Below are positions 41,336 to 50,689 of a DNA stretch of 55,858 bases, one piece after another (the stretch's first letter is position 1; every line of letters starts with the position of its first letter). Source of the stretch: Flavobacteriales bacterium (GTDB taxonomy: Bacteria; Bacteroidota; Bacteroidia; Flavobacteriales; TMED113); assembly GCA_002863085.1 (NCBI GenBank), contig PKDT01000008.1, forward strand, positions 1 through 55,858. Direction: 5' to 3'. A program made the translations under genes and the position numbers. A model generated the notes under the pieces. That model ran no database searches, was not told where the DNA came from, and saw only the letters and a program-made list of their open reading frames with translations.

Positions 41336-43669
41336 ATGAAAAACATTTTTCTTATTTTTCTTTTACCGTCATTTTTGTTAACGCAAGTTACATTTTCTGA
41401 ACATATCTCTCCAATTATCTACAATAACTGTACTGAATGTCACCGAGTTGGAGGGCCAGGTCCAATGCCATTCACAAATTACAATGAGGTTTCTTCTCTG
41501 GGCTACATGATTGAATATGTGACATCAACCGGTTACATGCCTCCATGGCATGCTGACCCTGAGTACTCAAATTTTGTTGGAGAAAGATTTTTAAACGATC
41601 AAGATAAACAACTTATTTCAGACTGGGTCAATGAAGGAATGTTACAAGGAGATCCAAATTTAGAAGCAATTATTCCAGAGTTTCCTGAGGGGTCCCAAAT
41701 TGGAATTCCAGATGCAGTTTTTACTATGGAGGAAGAATATTTAATCGAGGGAAATAATCAAGATGATTACAGAGTTTTTGTTTTTGAAACCAATTTCAAC
41801 GAAGACAAATATTTAAAATCAATTGAAATAATACCCGGTAACTTATCAGCAGTCCATCATGTGATAATTAATATCGATACTCAGGGCTTGTGCGCACAAT
41901 TAGACGCTCAAACAACTGAGTATGGTTACGAGTGTGAGAGTGGTTTTTGTGTTCCTGGTGTTCCGCAATTTGCTGCTGGCTATACGCCTGGAATGACTCC
42001 TCCAGTTTGGAACAATGACATAGGTATGGTTTTGCCTCAAGGTTCTGATATTGCAATTCAAATCCACTATGCTCCAAGTTCGATAGATGAATACGATCAA
42101 ACTTCAGTTAATTTATTTTTCAAAGAACAACCTGTTGAAAGAGAAGTTGAAGTACTGACTCTTTTAGATACTGAACTTCAAATTCCGGCAAATGAAATAT
42201 ATACTCATTACATGTCCTATGAAGTGCCATTCGACATGAGTATTATTAGTGTACTTCCCCACATGCATTTAATTGGAAAGTCATGGCTTATATATGCCGA
42301 AAATGACGGTGATACAATTCCAATCATCAGTATACCACAATGGGATTTTAATTGGCAGTCATTTTATCAACCCCAGTTTTTGCTTAAACTTCCTCAAGGA
42401 TATACACTTCATGCTTATGCTACATATGACAATACATCAAGTAACCCATTCAACCCAAACTCTCCTCCCCAAAATATGTATTGGTGTGATTACACAACCT
42501 GCGAAATGTTTTTCTTACCATTTGCGTTTGTTCCATATGAAGAGGGTGATGAAAATACTTATTTAGGTAATTCAGATGATTTAGGATGCACCGATGCCTA
42601 TGCTTGCAATTTTAACCAGGATGCAATAATAGATGATGGTTCATGTGGTGTTTTTGATGATTGTGGGTTTTGTCATGTTCCATGTTGTTACAATGAAATT
42701 ACTCAAGAGTGTGATTATTCTGTCAATGAACAAAATTGCAATAATTTCTGGGCAGATTATGATGTAATTTCTGATTCCTCACAAAACATCTTTTGGAATA
42801 ATAGTTGTTTATCGGGCTGTACTGATTCAAATGCGTGTAATTATGATTCTTCAATTCTCCCTGGAGGTTTTGATGATGGTTCTTGTGAATACCCTCCAGA
42901 TTTTTACAACTGTGATGGAGAGTGCATTAATGACAATAATTTTAACGGCATATGTGATGAGGAAGAGTGTTCTGATATAATTTGTGAAGAATATTATAAT
43001 TGTATTTCAGGAGAATGTATTTGTTTAAATGATGTAAATGATAATCAAATTTGTGATGAATTTGAGTTAGAAGATTGTTCGTCACTTTCAATAGATTTAA
43101 TATATCAAAGTTCCGTAAATGAAATAGTAGTCAATGTGTCAAATTCAGATTTTGCAAATTTTCCATACCCAGGATTTATTTTATTTAATTCATTTGGTGA
43201 TACTATTGCTGTAGAAAATGTTAATTTTTTTGGTATTCCAAACACGAGTAGTCATATACTTACAATACAAGATAATGCTGAGTTAACCTCTGTTGTTTCG
43301 TTGCATTTATATACAGGTTTTTATGATTTGTTTCAATGTGAATGGTCAGATTTAATTATTACTGATAATTGTGATTTAACTCCTGATGAGGGTGAGTGCG
43401 ATGGTGCATTTCAAGTATTTTATTTTGATCAAACTACATCATCATGTCAAGAAACAATATGGGGGGGCTGTGGTGGTATTGTACCATTTACAACGTTTGA
43501 AGATTGTGAATCCTCTTGTAATGTTTTCAATATCAACAATAATATAAAGTCAGACAAAGAAATAATATTTCGCTTTGATGTTCTCGGGAAAAAATCAAAT
43601 TTAAACTCAAAATATATTATTGAGGTTTTTGATGATGGAACAGTTGATAAAAAAATAATTTTAAATTGA
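41336..43669 (+). CDS. Secreted copper type II (PHM/DBH-like) monooxygenase with an N-terminal CxxCH, Cys-rich repeats, a Kunitz domain and a T9SS-like C-terminus
   Basis: Signal peptide; CTECH; MPPW; VHH, QIHY, PHMH and EM copper ligands; WDFNWQ; two GCTD..ACN...DDGSC repeats; Kunitz-pattern cysteines; C-terminal DVLGK...DDGTV.KKII. Confidence 0.8.
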   Translation: MKNIFLIFLLPSFLLTQVTFSEHISPIIYNNCTECHRVGGPGPMPFTNYNEVSSLGYMIEYVTSTGYMPPWHADPEYSNFVGERFLNDQDKQLISDWVNEGMLQGDPNLEAIIPEFPEGSQIGIPDAVFTMEEEYLIEGNNQDDYRVFVFETNFNEDKYLKSIEIIPGNLSAVHHVIINIDTQGLCAQLDAQTTEYGYECESGFCVPGVPQFAAGYTPGMTPPVWNNDIGMVLPQGSDIAIQIHYAPSSIDEYDQTSVNLFFKEQPVEREVEVLTLLDTELQIPANEIYTHYMSYEVPFDMSIISVLPHMHLIGKSWLIYAENDGDTIPIISIPQWDFNWQSFYQPQFLLKLPQGYTLHAYATYDNTSSNPFNPNSPPQNMYWCDYTTCEMFFLPFAFVPYEEGDENTYLGNSDDLGCTDAYACNFNQDAIIDDGSCGVFDDCGFCHVPCCYNEITQECDYSVNEQNCNNFWADYDVISDSSQNIFWNNSCLSGCTDSNACNYDSSILPGGFDDGSCEYPPDFYNCDGECINDNNFNGICDEEECSDIICEEYYNCISGECICLNDVNDNQICDEFELEDCSSLSIDLIYQSSVNEIVVNVSNSDFANFPYPGFILFNSFGDTIAVENVNFFGIPNTSSHILTIQDNAELTSVVSLHLYTGFYDLFQCEWSDLIITDNCDLTPDEGECDGAFQVFYFDQTTSSCQETIWGGCGGIVPFTTFEDCESSCNVFNINNNIKSDKEIIFRFDVLGKKSNLNSKYIIEVFDDGTVDKKIILN

Positions 43670-45045
43670 AAAGTTTAGATTACATACTTGAAAAACAAAA
43701 ATTATTTTATTCAACGAAATTAGTTTCCTCTAATATCTCTTCGCGTATAACTAAAATAAAAAGTATTAAAAGTTGGATTTTAAAAAATAAAGAAATTATT
43801 GCAGAAACATGCTCATTAGACTATTATAAGCCTTTGACAGAAATCTACTCAACTGAGATAAATCCAATTTTAAATCACATCGATTTTAATTTAAAGCATA
43901 TAAAGCGTTGGGTAAGACCAAAATATGTTTCTAGTCCTTGGTTTTTAATTTCAACTAAATCAAAAATACATTATGAGCCAAAGGGTTGTTGTTTAATTAT
44001 TTCCCCCTGGAATTACCCTTTTAACTTGACATTAAATCCATTAATTTCTGCCATAGCTGCTGGTAACTGTGTGATAATTAAACCCTCAGAACACACCCCT
44101 TCAGTGTCTTCTCTAATCGATAAAATGATTTCTGATTTGTTTGATAGCGAAGAAATTAAGGTTATTCAGGGAGATGAAAATATAGGATCGTACTTGATAT
44201 CAATGAAATTTGATCATATCTTTTTTACAGGCTCTCCAGAGGTTGGTAGAAAGGTAATGCGTTCAGCAGCAAATAACTTTAGCTCAGTTACATTAGAACT
44301 TGGGGGTATAAATCATAGTATTGTTGATGAAACAGCTAATCTTAAGTCATCCGCTGAAAAAATTCTATGGTCTAAATTTCTAAATGCTGGACAAACTTGT
44401 ATTGCTGTAAATCACACCTTTGTTCATGAAAGTATCTACGATAAATTCTTAAATCACTTGAGAGATATAGCCAATAATTTTTTTTCAAAAAATAATGATT
44501 ACGCCTCGATCGTTAATTCATTTCATTTCAAAAGAATCAATGATTTAGTTAATTTATCTTTGAAACAAGGGTCAAACATTTTTTACGAATCAGTGGTCAC
44601 CAAGAACAAGCTGTGTCTTCCATTGAAAATTGTAAAATTGAAAAATACAAATAACTGCCTACTCGATAACGAAATATTTGGACCAATTCTACCTGTAATT
44701 AAGTATAATGATATCAACGATTTAATAAAATATATAAACTACAAAGACAAACCATTAGCCCTATATTTATTCTCAAAATCCAAGTCCAATAAAATAAAGG
44801 TTACAAACAATACCACCTCTGGTACTTTGGTTGTCAATGATACAATTCTTCAATACTCGAATCCTTATTTATTATTTGGAGGCGTTAATAAAAGCGGTTT
44901 TGGTAAAATAGGAAGAAGACGGGGATTTATCGAGTTTTCAAATGAGAAGTCAGTCTTGTCTCAGTTTTCAGCTTTTACTATTGCGAAGTTACTTTACCCA
45001 CCATATAACAATATTAAATCAAAATTGGCAAAATTAGTTAGGTAG
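43666..45045 (+). CDS. Aldehyde dehydrogenase (ALDH3/fatty aldehyde type)
   Basis: PWNYP, KPSE, FTGS, TLELGG, NAGQTCIA, EIFGP, PLALY, FGGV..SG. Confidence 0.95.
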   Translation: MKSLDYILEKQKLFYSTKLVSSNISSRITKIKSIKSWILKNKEIIAETCSLDYYKPLTEIYSTEINPILNHIDFNLKHIKRWVRPKYVSSPWFLISTKSKIHYEPKGCCLIISPWNYPFNLTLNPLISAIAAGNCVIIKPSEHTPSVSSLIDKMISDLFDSEEIKVIQGDENIGSYLISMKFDHIFFTGSPEVGRKVMRSAANNFSSVTLELGGINHSIVDETANLKSSAEKILWSKFLNAGQTCIAVNHTFVHESIYDKFLNHLRDIANNFFSKNNDYASIVNSFHFKRINDLVNLSLKQGSNIFYESVVTKNKLCLPLKIVKLKNTNNCLLDNEIFGPILPVIKYNDINDLIKYINYKDKPLALYLFSKSKSNKIKVTNNTTSGTLVVNDTILQYSNPYLLFGGVNKSGFGKIGRRRGFIEFSNEKSVLSQFSAFTIAKLLYPPYNNIKSKLAKLVR

Positions 45046-45050
45046 TATTT

Positions 45051-46442
45051 TTAATAAAAAGTTATTCTTTTATTATACCTACCGTCTTCATGTACATCAA
45101 TTTTGAAATTAAAATTAGTTCTGTTATTAGAAATACTTCGACCCAACACATCAATTGTTCTTTTTTTAACTTCTATGTTTGAATATCTTTCTAAGTTGAC
45201 ATTTATTTCGCAAAGATCTGCATAAGAATCAATCCACATTTTTGCTCCAATAATAGCTATTGTGGCACATTGTTCATGATTGTAGTCCCCACCATCAATT
45301 AATTCAATATTAAGGGTGTTATTTTCCACAAAATAGTTGTAAGCATTTTGCGCATTTTCAAATGATACATTATCATCACCGCTGCAATGTAACATTCTCA
45401 TAGGAGACGTGGGAATAAAATCAAATACATTATTATCAGCCAAAGCAACTCTAAAGGGGTGATTTTCATCTTCCAAGTAGTTTTGATAATAATCTTCATT
45501 AAATATGTTAATAGGAGAAAATTCATATGGACTTATACCAAAATTCTCTTGAGCTATTTCCCATATATAGTTATTTATCTGCCACATGCTGTAGTTTCCG
45601 TTGTACATTTCCTCAATATTTGTAAATGGTGCTTTGAAAATCTCATTTAAATTATCATATAGATTGTAAATTTTGTTGTAGGATAATATAATGTAAGGAA
45701 GGTATCCAGGATTTGGATAATAATTACCTGTTTCTAACATGATTCTTTGTGCTCCAGACATATCATAGGGTCCTGCCATTGGAGCTGACGCAGTAATTTG
45801 AAGTTGATCAGAAAAAAATGTTTCAATTTCTTTAACTGTTGCCATTGTTGCGTGCCCACCTTGTGAATAACCAAAAAGAAATAGTTGATCATTAGACTCA
45901 ACTCCAATTATTTCATTTGAGATTTCTTTGGCAATTAAAATCAAATCTATTGTTGACGTGGCTTGTGTTTTAGCATGGATATAATTGTGAATACCTTCAC
46001 CGTCTCCCAAACCTATAAAATCACTCATAGTTACTATGTATCCGTTTGAGGCTCCAATAGCACCAATTAAGTCATTATCAGTGTTACCTATATTTGATGG
46101 AGCAAAGAAGTTATTGACCATAGTTCCGTGTTGCCAACTAAGAATTGGAGGTTCACAATCAATATTTCTTGGAAAGTATATTGAACCCGAACATAAAACT
46201 TTTTCACCGTCAAAATCTTCAGTAAGATAATTCAATTTATATCCATCTACTGAATATGTTACGTTTCCAACTGTTGGTGGGATCGAATAGTCAGAGTAAA
46301 GTTGACTAACTTCGTTTGTCGTCCAGCTTTCAATGAGTTCATATGAGATTATCTGAGAATTCGCAATCAAAGAAAAAAACATGAAAAATGAAGATATAAA
46401 TTTTGTTGGCATCGCGGGGGATAGATAAACGTCAATACACAA
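45051..46442 (-). CDS. Secreted alpha/beta hydrolase (secretory lipase-like) with a T9SS-like C-terminus (start probably the ATG at about 46412)
   Basis: HGT, D..GLG, GYSQGG nucleophile elbow, AGPYD, DDNV, H; C-terminal DVLGR...EDG..KRI. Confidence 0.85.
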   Translation of the reverse strand: MCIDVYLSPAMPTKFISSFFMFFSLIANSQIISYELIESWTTNEVSQLYSDYSIPPTVGNVTYSVDGYKLNYLTEDFDGEKVLCSGSIYFPRNIDCEPPILSWQHGTMVNNFFAPSNIGNTDNDLIGAIGASNGYIVTMSDFIGLGDGEGIHNYIHAKTQATSTIDLILIAKEISNEIIGVESNDQLFLFGYSQGGHATMATVKEIETFFSDQLQITASAPMAGPYDMSGAQRIMLETGNYYPNPGYLPYIILSYNKIYNLYDNLNEIFKAPFTNIEEMYNGNYSMWQINNYIWEIAQENFGISPYEFSPINIFNEDYYQNYLEDENHPFRVALADNNVFDFIPTSPMRMLHCSGDDNVSFENAQNAYNYFVENNTLNIELIDGGDYNHEQCATIAIIGAKMWIDSYADLCEINVNLERYSNIEVKKRTIDVLGRSISNNRTNFNFKIDVHEDGRYNKRITFY

Positions 46443-46470
46443 ATTTAAAAAAATATATTAAAAATATTGC

Positions 46471-46478
46471 TATTTTTG
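46471..46478 (+). promoter_or_regulatory. -7 promoter element for the iron ABC operon
   Basis: TATTTTTG 24 nt upstream of the ATG at 46503. Confidence 0.5.
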
Positions 46479-46502
46479 CCCATGTTAAGTTGAACTATTT
46501 AT

Positions 46503-47522
46503 ATGAAAAAACTTCTGTCTCTAATTATTCTTCTATCCCTCGTTTCCTGTAATAATAAAAAGTTAAATCCTGATGTTGTGAATGTTTACACAAAAAGGCA
46601 TTACCAGGTTGACAAAGACTTGTTTGAACAATTTGAAAAAATTCATAATATTAAAGTGAATGTTGTAAAGGCTAGTGCAGATGAGTTAATTGAGAGAATA
46701 AAAATTGAAGGTATTAATTGTCCTGCTGATTTGCTTATCACTGTTGATGCAGGAAAATTATATAAAGCCTCAACTCTTGGTATGTTTCAAAAACTTAATT
46801 ACAGGGAATTTACAAGCGCAATAAATAAACAACTACTTGATAAAAATAGTTTTTGGCTTCCAATAACTTACCGCGCGAGAGTCATAGTATACCACAAGGA
46901 CAGAGTAGACGCAAGTGAGTTATCTACATATTATTCCTTAACACAGCCAAAATGGACTGGAAGAATTTTGGTTAGATCATCAAAAAATGCATATAATCAA
47001 GCATTATTATCATCTATGATTGCAAATGATGGAAAAAATATCGCAAGAAATTGGACAGACAAATTGGTTAGTAACTTTTCAAGAGAGCCTAAGGGGAATG
47101 ACAGAGATCAGATGAGAGCTATAGCTGCGGGGATAGGTGATATTGCAATAGTAAATTCATATTATGTAGCTCTATTAAAAAGTTCAAGTGATAATAATGA
47201 TAAGTTAGTTGGAGAAACCGTCAATGTTTTTTTTCCTAACCAATCAACATCAGGCACTCATATTAATATTTCAGGTGTTGGATTATTAAAAAACTCTCCA
47301 AACTCAAAAAATGCAAAATTACTAATGAAGTTTTTGGTCTCTGATTATGCTCAGTCTTATTACACTGATAACAGCTATGAGTACCCGGTCAGTTTGAACG
47401 TTAGTCCATCAAAGCTTATTTCTGCTTGGGGTGAATTCAGAATCGATAGTCTTGATTTAAATATGCTTGGCATTCACAGAAAAAGTGCAGTTGAAATTTT
47501 TGAGAATTCGGATTGGAAGTAG
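46503..47522 (+). CDS. futA: Fe(III) ABC transporter substrate-binding lipoprotein (FutA/IdiA/FbpA family)
   Basis: Lipobox LVS-C; VYTKRHY, PADLLITVDAG, RARVI, YNQAL, PKGNDRDQ, NSYY, GTHINISG, EYP. Confidence 0.9.
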   Translation: MKKLLSLIILLSLVSCNNKKLNPDVVNVYTKRHYQVDKDLFEQFEKIHNIKVNVVKASADELIERIKIEGINCPADLLITVDAGKLYKASTLGMFQKLNYREFTSAINKQLLDKNSFWLPITYRARVIVYHKDRVDASELSTYYSLTQPKWTGRILVRSSKNAYNQALLSSMIANDGKNIARNWTDKLVSNFSREPKGNDRDQMRAIAAGIGDIAIVNSYYVALLKSSSDNNDKLVGETVNVFFPNQSTSGTHINISGVGLLKNSPNSKNAKLLMKFLVSDYAQSYYTDNSYEYPVSLNVSPSKLISAWGEFRIDSLDLNMLGIHRKSAVEIFENSDWK

Positions 47523-49102
47523 TTAAAAAAAATTTTTTTTCGGGGATTACATTTCTAGTAGTTCTTGTATTACTATTACCTATTTTATTTATAGTAAGGT
47601 TTTCTTTCGATATTAATTATGAGGAGATTAACTATTTTATCAATTCTAAATTGGTCGAGTACGTAAAGAACACTCTCAAGATTGCTCTTTTTACATCTCT
47701 TTTTTCTATAATTTTGGGAGTAGTTCCTGCCTATATAATATCAATCTATAATGTGAGATATAGTAGGGTCTGGGATTTACTAATGATTTTGCCATTGTCA
47801 ATTCCATGTTATATCATGTCATTCATATATGCTGATTTCTTTGGTTTTCAAGGATTATTTTTTAATTTTTTGAGCTCGATACAAATAAATATAATGTTTG
47901 ATGTACTCAAAATTGAATTTCTTTCATTATTTTTTGCTCTCTCACTGTTTCCATATTTATATGTAACTTCTCGCATATCATTTAATCTTATTGGTAATAA
48001 TTATTTGGAATTATCCAAGACGCTAGGCTTAACTAGATTTGAAATTTTAAAGAAGGTTATTCTGCCTCTTTCATTTTCAGGAATTTACTCTGGTTTACTT
48101 TTAGTCATAATGGAAGTGTTTAATGAGTATGGAGCAGTTCACTATTTTGGTATTGAAACATTCTCAAATGGAATATTCAAATATTGGTTTTCTCTTGATA
48201 ATAAAAATATTTCACTGCTTTTATCACTAATACTAATTATAATTATTTTATTTTTTCTTTATTTAAACGTTATTGCTAGCAAAGTGTCAAAAAATATTAG
48301 TAAAACAAAATTAATATTAATAGGTAGTGTTAGAAAAAAATCTATTAAGTCTTATCATTACATATTTCTTTTTTTACCAGTTTTTTTAGGCTTTTTTTTC
48401 CCATTTATCTTAGTTTTAAAAGGTGCTATTGCTTCCGTCCAAAATTATAATTTTGTTGAGATTATACAACCAACTATTAATACTATTTTTTTGGGTACTT
48501 TGTCGTCTTTTTTGATAGTTTTCACAAGTTTTTACATCTTAAAATCAAATTTATTTAATAAATCAAGTTTTACTAATTTTTTTAGTATTCTTCTAACTTC
48601 AGGATATGCTATTCCCGGTGCAATAATTGGCTTATCAATAATGTTGGGTATTGAATACTTAGGAATTGGAACAGGTTTTTTGATAGGTTCAATTTCCGTT
48701 CTTGTATATTCTTATTTGTTCAGATTCATTTCAGTTTCTTTTTTTTCTCTAAAGTCAAGTTTTGATAGACAACCAATCACATTAGATGAACAAGCTAAAA
48801 TATTAAAAATGAACTACATTCAACGTGTACTAAAGCTTCACATTCCTTTAAGTAAATTTGCATTAATTTATGCCGCAATTTTGATTTTTGTTGATGTTGC
48901 AAAGGAATTACCCTTGACACTGATTTTGAGACCTTTCAATTTTGAAACACTAGCTACGCAAACATATCAATATGCGAATGAAGAAATGCTTTCTCAATCA
49001 AGTATTTATTCACTAACTTTAATCGTAATTTGTGCTATTCTATTAATTATTGCACAAAATATTCTTAACAAGCATGAGTTACTTAGAAATAAAAAAAATT
49101 GA
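47513..49102 (+). CDS. futB: Fe(III) ABC transporter permease (two TM domains)
   Basis: LPLSIP.YI, PYLY, ME...EYGAV, GYAIPG, KELP.TL.LRPFNFETLA. Confidence 0.9.
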   Translation: MEVVKKNFFSGITFLVVLVLLLPILFIVRFSFDINYEEINYFINSKLVEYVKNTLKIALFTSLFSIILGVVPAYIISIYNVRYSRVWDLLMILPLSIPCYIMSFIYADFFGFQGLFFNFLSSIQINIMFDVLKIEFLSLFFALSLFPYLYVTSRISFNLIGNNYLELSKTLGLTRFEILKKVILPLSFSGIYSGLLLVIMEVFNEYGAVHYFGIETFSNGIFKYWFSLDNKNISLLLSLILIIIILFFLYLNVIASKVSKNISKTKLILIGSVRKKSIKSYHYIFLFLPVFLGFFFPFILVLKGAIASVQNYNFVEIIQPTINTIFLGTLSSFLIVFTSFYILKSNLFNKSSFTNFFSILLTSGYAIPGAIIGLSIMLGIEYLGIGTGFLIGSISVLVYSYLFRFISVSFFSLKSSFDRQPITLDEQAKILKMNYIQRVLKLHIPLSKFALIYAAILIFVDVAKELPLTLILRPFNFETLATQTYQYANEEMLSQSSIYSLTLIVICAILLIIAQNILNKHELLRNKKN

Positions 49103-49997
49103 TAAATATTTTGATAATTCAAAGATTATTAAATCCAACAGTTTTACCATAGGAAGGGGAGAACTGGTCTCTATTGTTGGTGAGAGTGGTTCAGGTAAGA
49201 CAACTTTATTGAGATGTATTGCAGGTCTAGAAAACATTGAGCGAGGAAAAATATTTTTAAATTCTGTTGACATAACTAGTGTAGCCGTTTCAAAACGTCC
49301 AATATCATTTGTTTTTCAACAAAGCCCCTTATTTCCACATTTGAGTATTTATGAAAATATTTTATTCAATCTTAAACAATATGATCAAATTCTATTTAAT
49401 CAACTCATCACTAATCTCAAAATATCTACAATACTTAATAAATTCCCACATCAAATTTCTGGAGGTGAAAATCAACGTGTAGCTGTCGCAAGATCCCTCA
49501 TACGAAAACCAAGTTTGATGTTGCTTGATGAACCTTTTAATCATCTAGATGTTCAAATAAAAGAAAAACTAAAAAAGATTATTGTAGAAACAATTAGAAA
49601 AATGAATGTTACAACGATTGTTGTGAGCCATAATGTGTCTGACGCACTTCAGATTTCTGATAAAATTTTAGTTCTAAAAAATGGAAAAATTGTTGACTAT
49701 TCCGAACCAGAAAAAATTTATAAGAATCCTAGCAGTCTTTATTCAGCTAAGTTATTTGGACATGTCAACAAATTTAAGCTTAACGATAAAACAATTTTAG
49801 TAAGACCTGAAAATATCTTTGTTGATAATAAATCTCTCATCTCTGTCAAAGTCATAGACTCTGTTTTTTTTGGTGATAAGTTTTTAATCAAATCACAATT
49901 CAAAAATAACAAAATCATGTTCTACAATGATACTTCAATTGAATGTAAAAGGGTAATTAAAGTTAATTATTCAAAAGAAAAGATATTGAATATTTAA
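49074..49997 (+). CDS. futC: Fe(III) ABC transporter ATP-binding protein
   Basis: GESGSGKT, LFPHL, SGGENQR, LLDEP, SH; start moved to the ATG at 49074. Confidence 0.9.
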   Translation: MSYLEIKKIDKYFDNSKIIKSNSFTIGRGELVSIVGESGSGKTTLLRCIAGLENIERGKIFLNSVDITSVAVSKRPISFVFQQSPLFPHLSIYENILFNLKQYDQILFNQLITNLKISTILNKFPHQISGGENQRVAVARSLIRKPSLMLLDEPFNHLDVQIKEKLKKIIVETIRKMNVTTIVVSHNVSDALQISDKILVLKNGKIVDYSEPEKIYKNPSSLYSAKLFGHVNKFKLNDKTILVRPENIFVDNKSLISVKVIDSVFFGDKFLIKSQFKNNKIMFYNDTSIECKRVIKVNYSKEKILNI

Positions 49998-50539
49998 TTA
50001 TGCCAAATGATATCATCATTGATATTTTTTCTTTTGATATTTCGGTTATTAATTTTGTCATATACTCCTAAATAGAATAGTCCTAAACACTCTTCATTTT
50101 TATCAAGTTTTAGAAAATATTTAAGTTTACTAATATTTTTTGGTGTGCTCCAATATCCGCCAATATTTTTACTGTCAACTAGTGAAATCCAAATATTTTG
50201 AACTGCCATTGCTGTTGAAGCTATTTCTTCCCAGTAGGGAACCTTTTTGCTTTCCCTCAAACAAATACAAATAATATGACTAGATAATTCAAATTTTTTT
50301 AAAATATTGGTATTAGACTTTAGCGGATTTAATTTACTAATCTCTGTCGCTAGCTTTTCTTTGCTTTTACCAGAAAAAACTTTAAAAAACCAAGGTTGAG
50401 TTAGTTTGTGTGAAGGTGCATGATTTGCGTTTAATAATAACTCTTTGACAATGTCGTCTGATAATTTTTTCTTTGTGAACTCCGATGGATAGACACTCCT
50501 TCTTTTTCTAATTTGAAAAGATAATTTTTTGTTAATCAT
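49994..50539 (-). CDS. Nitroreductase family protein (YdjA-like)
   Basis: RRS, APSH..TQPW.F, AVQN, YWST, LGLFYLG. Confidence 0.92.
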   Translation of the reverse strand: MINKKLSFQIRKRRSVYPSEFTKKKLSDDIVKELLLNANHAPSHKLTQPWFFKVFSGKSKEKLATEISKLNPLKSNTNILKKFELSSHIICICLRESKKVPYWEEIASTAMAVQNIWISLVDSKNIGGYWSTPKNISKLKYFLKLDKNEECLGLFYLGVYDKINNRNIKRKNINDDIIWHN

Positions 50540-50637
50540 TATTACTTAAAATAAAATGTTTAATACTCTACAATTTTATAAATTTACACATAATTAAATA
50601 TGTTTTATTTCACTTCAGTAATCAAAATAATTATTTC

Positions 50638-50660
50638 TAATTTAGAATATTTCTAAATTA
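50638..50660. promoter_or_regulatory. Perfect palindrome, probable Fur box
   Basis: TAATTTAGAA-TAT-TTCTAAATTA, 30 nt upstream of the HmuY-like gene; resembles the ATTTAGAAT-N-ATTCTAAAT Fur box I recall from Flavobacteriales. Confidence 0.75.
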
Positions 50661-50689
50661 TATTTAAATTTATTATTAATTGTTTATTA

